Positions 28,099-37,843 of a stretch of DNA of 64,000 bases are shown piece by piece. Each line of letters opens with the position of its first letter. Positions within the stretch are counted from its first letter, which is position 1. Source of the stretch: Candidatus Thermosaccharophagus tengchongensis (GTDB taxonomy: Bacteria > Armatimonadota > Fervidibacteria > Fervidibacterales > Thermosaccharophagaceae); assembly GCA_032161105.1 (NCBI GenBank), contig JAVHTD010000012.1. The stretch is one strand, 5' to 3'. The notes beneath the pieces are model-generated. The model was not told the origin of the DNA and did not search any database. It saw only the letters and a list, made by a program, of their open reading frames with translations. The position numbers and the translations under genes are program-made.

Positions 28099-29463
28099 AT
28101 GATGCGAGATGGAGGCGATGTTAACCTGCATGAGTTGCTTGGCGCAAGCTTTGAGTGCGCTTGTGGAAGGAGACATTACATCCCGACAAAGGAGGTCGTC
28201 ATTGAAAGTGAAGCAATTGCTTTGCTCGGCGAGTTGTGTGAGCGCAATGGTATGGTCGGGCTGTGCAATCTTTTGGCGGACGAAATAACTTACGAGGTGT
28301 GCGGCAGGGAAGCCGCAAGGCGGCTTCGCTCGTGTGGCATTCGCGTGCATGAAGTGGTGCTTGACAGCCCGAAAGCCGATGACAAAACTTACGACAGGGC
28401 TAATTCGCTCGCGAGCCCTCACGGTGACTTTTGGCTTGCCGTTGGCTCAGGCACGATTAACGACATAGCGAAGTATGTGAGCACAAATGCAGGTCAGCCT
28501 TATGCCATCGTCGCCACTGCACCATCAATGAATGGCTACACATCATCAATTGCTGCAATCACTGTCGGCGGACTCAAGATGACGCTCCCAGCCAACCCGC
28601 CAGTTTTCGTTCTGGCAGATTTGCATGTGTTATGCCATGCACCGTATGAGTTGATAGCTGCTGGTCTCGGTGATGCGCTATCAAAGCCGGTCTCAAATGC
28701 CGATTGGATGCTCGCACATATCCTCTTCGGGGACTACCTGTGCGAATTCTGCCTCCAATTGCTATCCCGCACTGAGCTGCTATACATGTCCAGTGCATCA
28801 AGGTTGAAGAGCCGAGAGCCGCATGCCGTCAAAGCGCTTATGGAAGCGCTATGCCTTTCCGGGGTGGCGATGACCATAGCTGGAAGCTCAAGCCCCGTAT
28901 CCGGCGGTGAGCATTTGATATCACATGCCCTTGATATGCGTGCAAATGTCACGGGGCGTAGGGTGAACCTTCATGGAGCTCAGGTCGGTGTTGCGACGAT
29001 TTTTTCGGCGACGCTATACGGACGACTGCTTGAAATTGAGGCGCTTCAACTTGACTGTGAGAGGTTGGCGCAGCGCTATGTGAGCATCAATGAGTGGCTT
29101 CCGAGGGTGCGAGATTTCTTCGGCGAAGCATGCGGGCGCATCATTGAGCAACTCTCATTGAAGCACCCCAAGTCACAGGATGAACTTAAGCGCAAACTGG
29201 AACGGGTAATCGCCATGTGGGATGACACGAAGGCAAGGCTGAGCGGAGTGGTGCGGAGCCACGACAGCTTGCGGCAGATGTTGCTTGATGCCGGTGCTCC
29301 GACAACGATTCACGAGTTGAACTTGCATCGCGGTGAATTTCGTGAAGCTGTAATGCTGGCTCATACGATACGCTCAAGGTATACTGTGCTGGACTTGGCG
29401 AATGAACTCGGCATATTGCCGGATGAGCTTGATGAGCTAATGGAGCGTTCACAAATCGTGTAG
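28099..29463 (+). CDS. iron-containing alcohol dehydrogenase superfamily protein of the sn-glycerol-1-phosphate dehydrogenase (AraM/EgsA-like) type, with C-terminal extension
   Basis: FECACGRRHYIP, GSGTINDIAKYVS, APSMNGYTS, GDALSKPVSNADW, SGGEHLISHALDM. The ORF opens at 28033. Confidence 0.6.
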   Translation: MMRDGGDVNLHELLGASFECACGRRHYIPTKEVVIESEAIALLGELCERNGMVGLCNLLADEITYEVCGREAARRLRSCGIRVHEVVLDSPKADDKTYDRANSLASPHGDFWLAVGSGTINDIAKYVSTNAGQPYAIVATAPSMNGYTSSIAAITVGGLKMTLPANPPVFVLADLHVLCHAPYELIAAGLGDALSKPVSNADWMLAHILFGDYLCEFCLQLLSRTELLYMSSASRLKSREPHAVKALMEALCLSGVAMTIAGSSSPVSGGEHLISHALDMRANVTGRRVNLHGAQVGVATIFSATLYGRLLEIEALQLDCERLAQRYVSINEWLPRVRDFFGEACGRIIEQLSLKHPKSQDELKRKLERVIAMWDDTKARLSGVVRSHDSLRQMLLDAGAPTTIHELNLHRGEFREAVMLAHTIRSRYTVLDLANELGILPDELDELMERSQIV

Positions 29464-29491
29464 CAAAAGCGCAAAGGGTGGTGATGGGACA

Positions 29492-29761
29492 TTGCACATT
29501 GAGCACAGGAAGCAGCGCATCGTGAGGTTGCTACAGGCAGTTGAGAATGAGGCGAAGCACATGGGTAAGAAAGTTGAGGAAGACGACTTCATCGGGCAGC
29601 TTGAGAGCCTGCTCAAGTTGAGCGAGCACATTGAGACGATAAAGAGGTTGTGTGTGCGAACTTACGCCGAGACGCTCCTTTCGCTTGCGGCTCGCACTGA
29701 GGAGGTTGAAGACGCCGTTGAACAGCTCATGAGCTGGCTCATCAGGTTGAAAGAGTTGTGA
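29492..29761 (+). CDS. small helical hypothetical protein (89 aa) immediately upstream of the C11-like gene
   Basis: The TTG start is preceded by GGTGGTGA. Charged, helix-like sequence. The stop lies 4 nt before the next ATG. No family recognised. Confidence 0.4.
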   Translation: MHIEHRKQRIVRLLQAVENEAKHMGKKVEEDDFIGQLESLLKLSEHIETIKRLCVRTYAETLLSLAARTEEVEDAVEQLMSWLIRLKEL

Positions 29762-29765
29762 TGCC

Positions 29766-32750
29766 ATGGAGGGGTGCAAGTTGCTCTTTAAGTTGTGCAC
29801 GACGGGGTTCGCACAGCGGTTGATCGCATTCATCGCTGTTTGGTTGCACCTTCTTGTGAGCGCGCAGTTTTGTTGGCTTACTGCAAAGCCGAGCAAGTGG
29901 ACGGTCATGGTTTACATGTGCGGCGACAACGACCTTGAAAGTGCCCTGATTAAGGATTTGAACGAGATGGAGAAGGTGGGTTCAACAGGCGATGTGAACA
30001 TCGTTGTGCAGCTCTCACGCTCGCCATTCTACGACACATCAAATGGGAATTGGGTTGGGACAAGGCGATACTTCGTCACGAGAGACCCGTATGAGGATCC
30101 GTCACCGGATGTGCCGCCCAACAACACCATACGATCGCAGATGCTTGCCGACCTCGGCACGCTCAACATGGGCACAAAGGGTGCGCTTGTTGACTTCGTC
30201 GCATGGGCTGTGAGAAGTTATCCGGCGGAGCGATACTTCCTCATCCTGTCGGATCATGGTTCTGGTGTGCGCCCGTTTGAGCGCAGGTTGTTGCACAGGG
30301 CGATAATCTTCTCCGACAGCTTCAATGATTACCTCTCCAACCGAGAGCTCAAAGAGGCATTTTGGGAGCTGCGCCAGGGTGTCCTTGGCGGGAAGCCGCT
30401 CGAAATACTCGGCTATGATGCGTCGGAGATGAGCATGATTGAGAATGCCTATCAAGTCAGGCACGCAGCAAAGTATCTCATCGCGTCGCAGCTCTCGGAG
30501 CCAAATGATGGCTATCCATATGACCGCTTCCTTGGCGAGCTCACATCAAACCCAAGCATACCCACCGAGGAATTCTTGCAAAGGTTTGTCAAGCACTATG
30601 TCGCATCGTATGAGCCGGGCAAGCCAACAAATGGTGCTGGAAGCTCCGTCACCATTGCCGTATACCGGCTTGATGCGCTTCAACCGCTTGTGAGCGCCAT
30701 TAGTGAGCTCGCTGTTGCGTTAAGGCAAAGGCTTTCAGCTCATGCCGAGCTCATTGAGGGGTTGAGGCGTGTAACGCAATCGTTTTCGGAGCACATCTAT
30801 CGCGACCTTTATCACTTTTGCGAGTTGCTCATACAGCGTTTTCCAGATGAGGCAGTAAAGGGTGCAGCGCACAAGGTCATTGAAGCTCACGGTCCGAGTG
30901 ACTCAGGGGCGCTGTTCGCTGAGGCTCACAGGACTGGCTTTGATATCAATGTGGACAACGCTCACGGGATTGCAATCTACTTCCCGCCGCCGGAAGGGTT
31001 TGACAGCGCTTACTTGAGCGACCTTGATTTCGGAAGGGATTGCGAATGGGGAAGGTTCCTTGCAGCTCGCTCGGGGGCGGATTCGCTTCCGCCAATCATT
31101 CGCTTCCTCATGCCGAGTGCCGATGGGATGAAGCTGCCTTTGACTCGTCCGATGTTAATTGTTGAGGTGAGGGACGATGGGTATGCCGGCTTGGACGATG
31201 CCTCAATCTCACTCTGGATTGATGGAAGCAAGCTGGATCCCAAGGAATTCCGCTACGATGCGCAAACGATGCTGCTCAAGGTGAAGCCGAATGTGCCGCT
31301 CAGTCCCGGAAGGCACACCCTCACAGTCTCGGCAAAGGATAATTTCGGCAATAGCGCTTCATCATCAATCTCGTTTGAGGTTGCACCGCACACTTTGCGG
31401 AAAGGTGTGCGCATGTTCACACTCCCAATGGCGACAACATCTTCAGATCCAAGGGTTGTGCTCAATGATAGCTCCGCGATGTTAGCCCGTTGGGATAACA
31501 AAGCATCGGCATATCGCATGTTCCCGGCGCCGGATCCGGAAGGTTATGCCTCATTCAGACCGAGGGGGGTTAAAGTCGCATCGCCTCCGGCTGGTGTTGG
31601 CTATTTTGTTCGTTTGAAGAACGATTCGGTAGTGCTCCATGCAGGTGAGCCAATTGACCCATCATTGCCCTACGATGTCTCGCTCCCGGCGGATGGCGCT
31701 TCTGTGTCATGGCACATGCTTGGCAATCCGTTCCCAGTGCCAATCAAATTGGGTTCCATCTTGGTGATTCGTAATGGTGAGGCAATGACGCTTGATGACG
31801 CATTGGCTAAAGGCATCGTCCTATCGCCGCCTTTCATCTACTTGCCGCCAAGCGACCCATTCGCTCCCGGAAAGTATGCGGTCGTGGGATGCGAATTTGA
31901 ATTGCAGCCGTTTGCCGCTTTCTGGATCGCCATTTCAGAGGATGTCACTGTGCGCTTCATGCCACCAGCCAGCAATTCCAGATCTACCGCCGCTTCAGCG
32001 GCTCACTCAAAGAGCTGCATATCGCGCCGCAGCTGGGTTGGCGAGCTGGATTGGCAAATCAAGCTGGTGGCAAGTTCTGCTGGTGAGAGTGATTCCGCCA
32101 TCATCGCAGTGTCATCGCGAGGGTGTATCTCTCATGATGCACTTGATGTGCTTAAGCCGCCATCTCCGCCGGGTGCAAAGGTGCGTTGCTTCGCGCTGCA
32201 AAAGCTGTTTGGCAATCGTTTAGCCGAGTATGAGGTTGCTGTTCAACCGCGCAGCGCGCTTACCTCTTGGGATGTCATTGTGGATGCAAGCTTCGGCGAT
32301 GTCGCCCTCTCTTGGGAGGGCATATCCAATGTGCCTTCGTCCTATCGCCTCACATTGGTTGATGCTGCTTCTGGGAGGGCTTTATGCATGCGCCGCCACG
32401 CTCGGCTGACCTTGCAGAGGCGCAATGAGCCATACAGATTGCGAGTCATCGCGCAGTTGAGGGGGAGTTCGGGGGCTAACATACTCGGTCTTTCGGCAAC
32501 GCCATACCGAGGTGGTTTAGGCATACGGTTTACGCTTCTCACCGATATGGCTGTGTCAATTCGCCTGCGGGCATTGACTGGCAGGGTCATCGCAACTGTT
32601 CTCCAAAGGACGGAGATGGGTAGGGGCACACGAACCGTTTTCTGCCGCCTCCCGGAGGGTGTGACGGCACAAGTTGCCTTAGTTGAAGTTGTTGGAGAGG
32701 ACGATGCCGGTAGGGTGAGCGTAGCTACATGCCTCGGAAGGTTAAGGTGA
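29766..32750 (+). CDS. clostripain-related (peptidase C11-like) large secreted protein with Ig-like C-terminal domains; nucleophile position is Ser, not Cys
   Basis: TVMVYMCGDNDLESA, YFLILSDHGSG (His motif) and LGYDASEMSMIE, where C11 enzymes have DAC(L/Y)M. N-terminal anchor AFIAVWLHLLV. 994 aa. Confidence 0.7.
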   Translation: MEGCKLLFKLCTTGFAQRLIAFIAVWLHLLVSAQFCWLTAKPSKWTVMVYMCGDNDLESALIKDLNEMEKVGSTGDVNIVVQLSRSPFYDTSNGNWVGTRRYFVTRDPYEDPSPDVPPNNTIRSQMLADLGTLNMGTKGALVDFVAWAVRSYPAERYFLILSDHGSGVRPFERRLLHRAIIFSDSFNDYLSNRELKEAFWELRQGVLGGKPLEILGYDASEMSMIENAYQVRHAAKYLIASQLSEPNDGYPYDRFLGELTSNPSIPTEEFLQRFVKHYVASYEPGKPTNGAGSSVTIAVYRLDALQPLVSAISELAVALRQRLSAHAELIEGLRRVTQSFSEHIYRDLYHFCELLIQRFPDEAVKGAAHKVIEAHGPSDSGALFAEAHRTGFDINVDNAHGIAIYFPPPEGFDSAYLSDLDFGRDCEWGRFLAARSGADSLPPIIRFLMPSADGMKLPLTRPMLIVEVRDDGYAGLDDASISLWIDGSKLDPKEFRYDAQTMLLKVKPNVPLSPGRHTLTVSAKDNFGNSASSSISFEVAPHTLRKGVRMFTLPMATTSSDPRVVLNDSSAMLARWDNKASAYRMFPAPDPEGYASFRPRGVKVASPPAGVGYFVRLKNDSVVLHAGEPIDPSLPYDVSLPADGASVSWHMLGNPFPVPIKLGSILVIRNGEAMTLDDALAKGIVLSPPFIYLPPSDPFAPGKYAVVGCEFELQPFAAFWIAISEDVTVRFMPPASNSRSTAASAAHSKSCISRRSWVGELDWQIKLVASSAGESDSAIIAVSSRGCISHDALDVLKPPSPPGAKVRCFALQKLFGNRLAEYEVAVQPRSALTSWDVIVDASFGDVALSWEGISNVPSSYRLTLVDAASGRALCMRRHARLTLQRRNEPYRLRVIAQLRGSSGANILGLSATPYRGGLGIRFTLLTDMAVSIRLRALTGRVIATVLQRTEMGRGTRTVFCRLPEGVTAQVALVEVVGEDDAGRVSVATCLGRLR

Positions 32751-32969
32751 TATGCTGCAGTTAGCACATTGCTATTGCGCTTGCGGCGCTAAAATTCTGC
32801 TTAGGCGTGCTCAAACCGGGAAGCGCAATAAGCTGACGGATTGTTTTTGAGGCTCTGCAAGCGCTTGCGTTGCGCAAAGTCTCCATAGGAGCAAGACAGC
32901 CTTTGTGGCAGCAATAAAAATGGCAAAGCAGTTATCAATGCAACGCATGCAGCAGGAGATGAGGCAGTG

Positions 32970-35900
32970 ATGTATCTCAAGCGGCTTGAGATTTATGGCT
33001 TCAAGAGCTTCGCCACAAAGACGGAGATTGAATTTTTGCCCGGCATAAGCGCCATAGTTGGACCAAATGGCTCCGGCAAGAGCAACATAGCTGAAGCAAT
33101 CCAATGGGTTCTCGGTGAACGCAGCTACAGGGCATTGAGGAGCACTCGCTCTACGGACATCATTTTCGCCGGCAGCCAGAAGCGCAAGCCGATGAACATA
33201 GCCGAAGTGACGCTCACATTTGATAACAGCGATGGCGCTCTCCCTATCGGCTTTAGCGAAGTCTCAATAACAAGGCGGATATACCGCTCGGGAGAATGCG
33301 ACTATTTCATAAACAAGACGCCATGCAGGCTCCGCGACATTCAGAACTTGCTTCTCAGCGTTGGGCTTTCCGCCGACGCATTCACGCTCATCGGTCAAAA
33401 CGAAGTTGACGCCATACTCGCAGCTCGCCCTGAGGATAGGCGTGTCTTGTTTGAGCAAGTTGCCGGCACGGAATGTTATCAAGCGCGCCGTTTGGAAGCC
33501 CTGCGCAAGCTTGAGAGGACGGAGAGAAACATCGTTAGGTTGAGGGACTTGAGACACGAGCTTGAAGCGCAGCTTGAATCAATCGCCGAACAGGTGGAGT
33601 TGGCAAAGCAGTATAAGGGACTGGTGGAGCGCTACAGAAATTTGCAAATGAGCTTGCTCGGGTGGGAATGGGGTGTTAGGCAGAGGCGGCTGCAGAAGTT
33701 CTCTGAAGAGGCGGAGCAGTGGCGAGAACGCCTCTCGCAAGTTGAGGCTGGCATAAGCGAGCTTGAGAAAAGGCGCTCCGAAATTGAGGCTGAGCTGCAC
33801 GAACTTGAAGGACAACTGGAGCAGCTTCGTGAGCGCTCTGTGCGTGCGGTTGAGACGGCAAAAAGCATTGAAGGGGAAATTGAGCTGGCAAAGCAACGGC
33901 AGCATCTCTTGCTGGAGCGAATTGAGGTTGAAAGGGGAGAGATGCAGCGGGCTCTTGAAAGGAAGCGCTCACTCCTCAAGGAGCTTGAGGACGCGCGCCA
34001 GAGGATAGCGGAGCTATCCAAGTTGGTGAGCGAGTGCGAGCGTGAACAAAACGGGCTTTTGGATGAGCTTAGGCAGGTTGAGGATAGGATAGCAGCTGAG
34101 GAAGTTGAAGCTGATTCGCTCCGTTCACAGCATGTTGAGACCATGAGGCTCGTCACCAAGCTGCGCAACAGGCTTGTTGATTGCTCTCATGCGGAGAGCG
34201 TTTTACGCCTGCGCGCTTCCGAGCTTGAGCGAGAGCGCACAGAGCTCACCGAGCAAGTTCAAGCGCTTGAAGCCAAGTTGAGCGAACTTGATGCCGAGTC
34301 AAACTCCGTAAAGCTTAGGAAGGCAGACATCCAAGAGAAGCTGCGCATGAAGCGCTTGGAGCTCTCGGAACTTGAACTCACCAACGATGAGTTGCGCTAC
34401 AGGATTGCCACGCTGCGTGAGCTGCTCAGCGGCTTAAGGGCGCGCTTGAGCGCGCTTGAGGAGAGCGAGGCTGCATTGCACGGTATCAGAGAGGGACCAA
34501 AGAGCGTGCTAATGGCTTCGCGCTCCGGGCAGATACCAGGCAGCTATCAACTTGTTGCACACTTGCTTCGTGTCCCGAGCGAACTTGAAATTGCCGTAGC
34601 TGCGGCGCTCGGCAGCGCAATTGAATACATCGTCACCGAAACAACAAAAGATGCGGAGGTCGCCATTGGCTACTTGAAGCGTAACCGCTCTGGGAGGGCT
34701 ACATTCCTGACGCTTGACTTCATACGACCCCGCCGAAGGCATGGTGGCGAGATTGATGAGGTTCTTGAACGCGCGGATGGCGTCATTGGATGGGCAAATG
34801 AGCTTGTCGGAGTAGCCGACGGTTATGAGGCTGTGCGTGATTACTTGCTTGGCAATGTGCTCATCGTGAGAGACATGACTGTCGCTTCGGGCTTGGGGAG
34901 GAAAGTGAGTTCGGGTTTGCGCATAGTCACCCTTGATGGCGAACTCATCATTCCGGGTGGTCCGATATCCGGCGGGTATGAGGTTCATTCGCTTCACATG
35001 CTCTTTGCGCGCAGGCGTGAAATTGATGAGCTGCGCAATCGGATACGGGATGCCGAGGTGAAGCTGCAGCGCTATGAGGTTGAGTTGAGGGAGAGATTGG
35101 CGCAGGTTGAGCGCCGCAGGGACGCCATTGAAGCGTTGGGCAATGAGTTGTCAGAGCTGAGCGAGCTTGAGGCGAGGTTGGACGCTGAGCGTGAAGCGAC
35201 ATTTAGGCGCATTGAACAGCTCAATGAGCGCATTGAATTAATCGGCGTGGAGAGAGGGCAGCTTGAAGCGGAGCGTCAACAACTTGCAGCCGAAACCGAT
35301 TCGCTCAAGTCGGAGTTAAGTAAAGCTGAGGCTCTCGCAGGCGAGCTTGAAAGCAGCATCTCTGAAGCCGTGGCTCGTATGGAGAGCCTGCTCAAGATGA
35401 GGGATGAGTTGGGCAAGCGCTTATCAAATGTCCGCATGAGATTTGCTCAGCTCTCTGAGAAGCTCACCTCGGCTCAGTCAGAGGAGGCAAAGCTTTGTGA
35501 GATGCTCTCCGAGGTGGAGCAAAGGGCTTCGCGCTCCGAGCAGGCGCTCCTTTCACTTGAAGCCCAGCTGAATGAGCTATCGCAGTGCCTTCCAAAGCTT
35601 GAGGAGGAACGCAAGCGTCTAAGGCAATCCTGCGCTGAAGCCGAGGCTGCCTTTGAGCAATGGCGCCAGTATCGCTATGGGTTGCTTTCGGAGATTGATT
35701 CAATCGGCGCGCAGCTGCGCAGCCTCTCCAATGAGAAGGATGAAATTGAATCTGAGCTCAACAGGATTGAGGTGCGCATGGCGGAAGCACGCTATGAAAG
35801 CGATGAAATTGCGAGGCGGCTTGCCGAGGAATTCTCCACTTCACCACAAGAGGCATTGCGGCATGCCGAGGGGCTGCGGCAAAAGCAAGCGGCAATTGAG

Positions 35901-36551
35901 GAGCTGAATGAACTGAAGTCCAAGATTGAGCAGATGGGTTTAGTCAATGTCGGCATCATTGAGGAGCACGAGCGGCTCAAAGCTCGCATTGAGCACCTTA
36001 AGGAGCAGGAGATGGATCTGGAGGCGGCGAGGGAGGACTTGCTCGCAATCATCCGGCAGATTGATGAGGAGACGAAGTCTCATCTCCTGAAAACGGTTGC
36101 GGCAGTTGAGCGCCAGTTTCAAGAGATATTCTCAAGGGTGTTCGGTGGAGGTGAAGTGCAGCTTGTGCTTACCGACTCAGAGGATGTCACTCATGCCGGG
36201 ATTGAAGTGAGAGTGCGTCCGCCTGGTAAGGCAGTGCATGATTTGCTTGCGCTCTCCGGCGGTGAGCGCGCTATGACTGCCATATGCCTATTGTTTGCCA
36301 TGCTCGGCGTTCGCCCAGTGCCTTTCTGCGTGCTTGATGAAGTTGACGCAGCCCTTGATGATACCAATGTGAGCAAGTTCGTTGGGCTGTTGAGGGATTT
36401 CAATGGGCGTTCGCAGTTCATCGTCATCACGCACAATCAGGGCACGCTTGAGGTCTCCGATAGGCTCTACGGAGTGACCATGGGTGATGATGGTGCTTCA
36501 AGGGTGTTCTCGTTATCGTTTGAGGAGGCAACCTCAACTGTCTCCGGATGA
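32970..36551 (+). CDS. smc: chromosome segregation protein SMC
   Basis: MYLKRLEIYGFKSF, Walker A GPNGSGKSN, long coiled coils with a hinge, signature LSGGERAMTAICLLFA, Walker B FCVLDEVDAALD. Confidence 0.96.
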   Translation: MYLKRLEIYGFKSFATKTEIEFLPGISAIVGPNGSGKSNIAEAIQWVLGERSYRALRSTRSTDIIFAGSQKRKPMNIAEVTLTFDNSDGALPIGFSEVSITRRIYRSGECDYFINKTPCRLRDIQNLLLSVGLSADAFTLIGQNEVDAILAARPEDRRVLFEQVAGTECYQARRLEALRKLERTERNIVRLRDLRHELEAQLESIAEQVELAKQYKGLVERYRNLQMSLLGWEWGVRQRRLQKFSEEAEQWRERLSQVEAGISELEKRRSEIEAELHELEGQLEQLRERSVRAVETAKSIEGEIELAKQRQHLLLERIEVERGEMQRALERKRSLLKELEDARQRIAELSKLVSECEREQNGLLDELRQVEDRIAAEEVEADSLRSQHVETMRLVTKLRNRLVDCSHAESVLRLRASELERERTELTEQVQALEAKLSELDAESNSVKLRKADIQEKLRMKRLELSELELTNDELRYRIATLRELLSGLRARLSALEESEAALHGIREGPKSVLMASRSGQIPGSYQLVAHLLRVPSELEIAVAAALGSAIEYIVTETTKDAEVAIGYLKRNRSGRATFLTLDFIRPRRRHGGEIDEVLERADGVIGWANELVGVADGYEAVRDYLLGNVLIVRDMTVASGLGRKVSSGLRIVTLDGELIIPGGPISGGYEVHSLHMLFARRREIDELRNRIRDAEVKLQRYEVELRERLAQVERRRDAIEALGNELSELSELEARLDAEREATFRRIEQLNERIELIGVERGQLEAERQQLAAETDSLKSELSKAEALAGELESSISEAVARMESLLKMRDELGKRLSNVRMRFAQLSEKLTSAQSEEAKLCEMLSEVEQRASRSEQALLSLEAQLNELSQCLPKLEEERKRLRQSCAEAEAAFEQWRQYRYGLLSEIDSIGAQLRSLSNEKDEIESELNRIEVRMAEARYESDEIARRLAEEFSTSPQEALRHAEGLRQKQAAIEELNELKSKIEQMGLVNVGIIEEHERLKARIEHLKEQEMDLEAAREDLLAIIRQIDEETKSHLLKTVAAVERQFQEIFSRVFGGGEVQLVLTDSEDVTHAGIEVRVRPPGKAVHDLLALSGGERAMTAICLLFAMLGVRPVPFCVLDEVDAALDDTNVSKFVGLLRDFNGRSQFIVITHNQGTLEVSDRLYGVTMGDDGASRVFSLSFEEATSTVSG

Positions 36552-36560
36552 TACTGCGGT

Positions 36561-37754
36561 TTGCTATTGGAGTGGTGCTTCGTGGTCAATGTGACGAGGC
36601 TTTACTGCGGCGTGACCTGCAAAAGCGATGAACTGCGGTATGAGGGCAAAGGGCGCACGGCGAAAACTGGCATCCATCCACTGGTGGTTGTTTGGAATAT
36701 CACGCGTGCATGCAATTTGAAGTGTGCACATTGCTATAGCGACTCAAGACCACACCGAAGTGAGGACGAGCTCACCACAGAAGAAGCCAAGGCGTTAATT
36801 GGCGAGCTTGCCCGGCTGCGCATAGCGCGCCTTTTGGTTTCTGGCGGTGAACCGCTTATGCGGGCAGATTTGCTTGAGCTCCTCAAGCATGCGAGTTCAA
36901 GCGGGCTGGATGTAGCCCTTTCAACGAATGGCACATTGATAGACAACGATATCGCTGTTGAGCTAAAAGCAAGCGGTGTCCGTTATGTCGGGATAAGCTT
37001 GGATGGCATTGGGGAAGTGAACGATAAGTTTCGCGGTGTGCGCGGCGCTTTTGAGATGGCGCTTAATGGGATTGAGAACTGCAAGCGTGTTGGGCTGCGC
37101 GTCGGCATCCGCATGACGCTCACAAGCTACACCGTTTCGCAAATTGAACCTGTGTTTGAATTTGCTTTGAGCAATGGCATTGACAGGCTTTGCTTTTATC
37201 ATTTCATCCCATCGGGGCGAGGCGCTCTTGCCAGCGGGCTGGAATTAAGCCCGCTTCAAACGAGGCAAGCGGTTGAGCGCATAATGTGCAGCACGATAAA
37301 AGCCATAAGGCATGGTGCATTCATTGAAGTGCTCACTGTGGGCAATCCAGTGGACGGCGCTTTTATCTACCTCAAGTTGCTCAGTGAGGATGGCGAGCGA
37401 GCTAACGATGCCTATAAGCTGTTGCGCTATACCGGTGGTGCGGCCAGCGGCTCTGGTGTTGGAGTGGCGTGCATTGATCATGTTGGCAATGTCCATCCGG
37501 ATCAATTTTGGTGGCATTACAACCTCGGCAATGTGCGCTCAAATTCATTTTACAGGGTGTGGTTTGAGAGCGAGGACGAACTGTTGCATAAGCTGAGAGA
37601 AAGGCAAAAGCACATTTACGGAAGGTGTGCTCGGTGCCGTCTCTTTGAGATTTGTGGCGGCGGCATGAGGGTGCGTGCCGACATTGTGCTTGGGGATGCA
37701 TTTGCTTCCGATCCGGGATGCTATCTAAGTGACGAGGAGATAGGGTTAGGATAA
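36561..37754 (+). CDS. radical SAM/SPASM-domain protein of the NirJ/AhbC/AhbD type
   Basis: PLVVVWNITRACNLKCAHCYS is very close to the NirJ/Ahb N-terminal motif. C-terminal Cys-rich SPASM region (CIDHVGNVHPD..., GRCARCRLFEICGGG). The start codon is uncertain. Confidence 0.7.
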   Translation: MLLEWCFVVNVTRLYCGVTCKSDELRYEGKGRTAKTGIHPLVVVWNITRACNLKCAHCYSDSRPHRSEDELTTEEAKALIGELARLRIARLLVSGGEPLMRADLLELLKHASSSGLDVALSTNGTLIDNDIAVELKASGVRYVGISLDGIGEVNDKFRGVRGAFEMALNGIENCKRVGLRVGIRMTLTSYTVSQIEPVFEFALSNGIDRLCFYHFIPSGRGALASGLELSPLQTRQAVERIMCSTIKAIRHGAFIEVLTVGNPVDGAFIYLKLLSEDGERANDAYKLLRYTGGAASGSGVGVACIDHVGNVHPDQFWWHYNLGNVRSNSFYRVWFESEDELLHKLRERQKHIYGRCARCRLFEICGGGMRVRADIVLGDAFASDPGCYLSDEEIGLG

Positions 37755-37843
37755 ACCGCAGTCCATCGCCGCGATTGACGCACTCGCAATTGGAGATAAA
37801 ATTGCGAAATGATGGCGTGCGGCGAGCTTCAGCCACAGGGGTG

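Noticed and set aside
33579-34168. Several 98-178-aa ORFs on both strands inside smc
   Set aside because: They are generated by the repetitive Glu/Leu/Arg/Ala codon composition of the SMC coiled coil. All lie within a gene with unambiguous SMC motifs.
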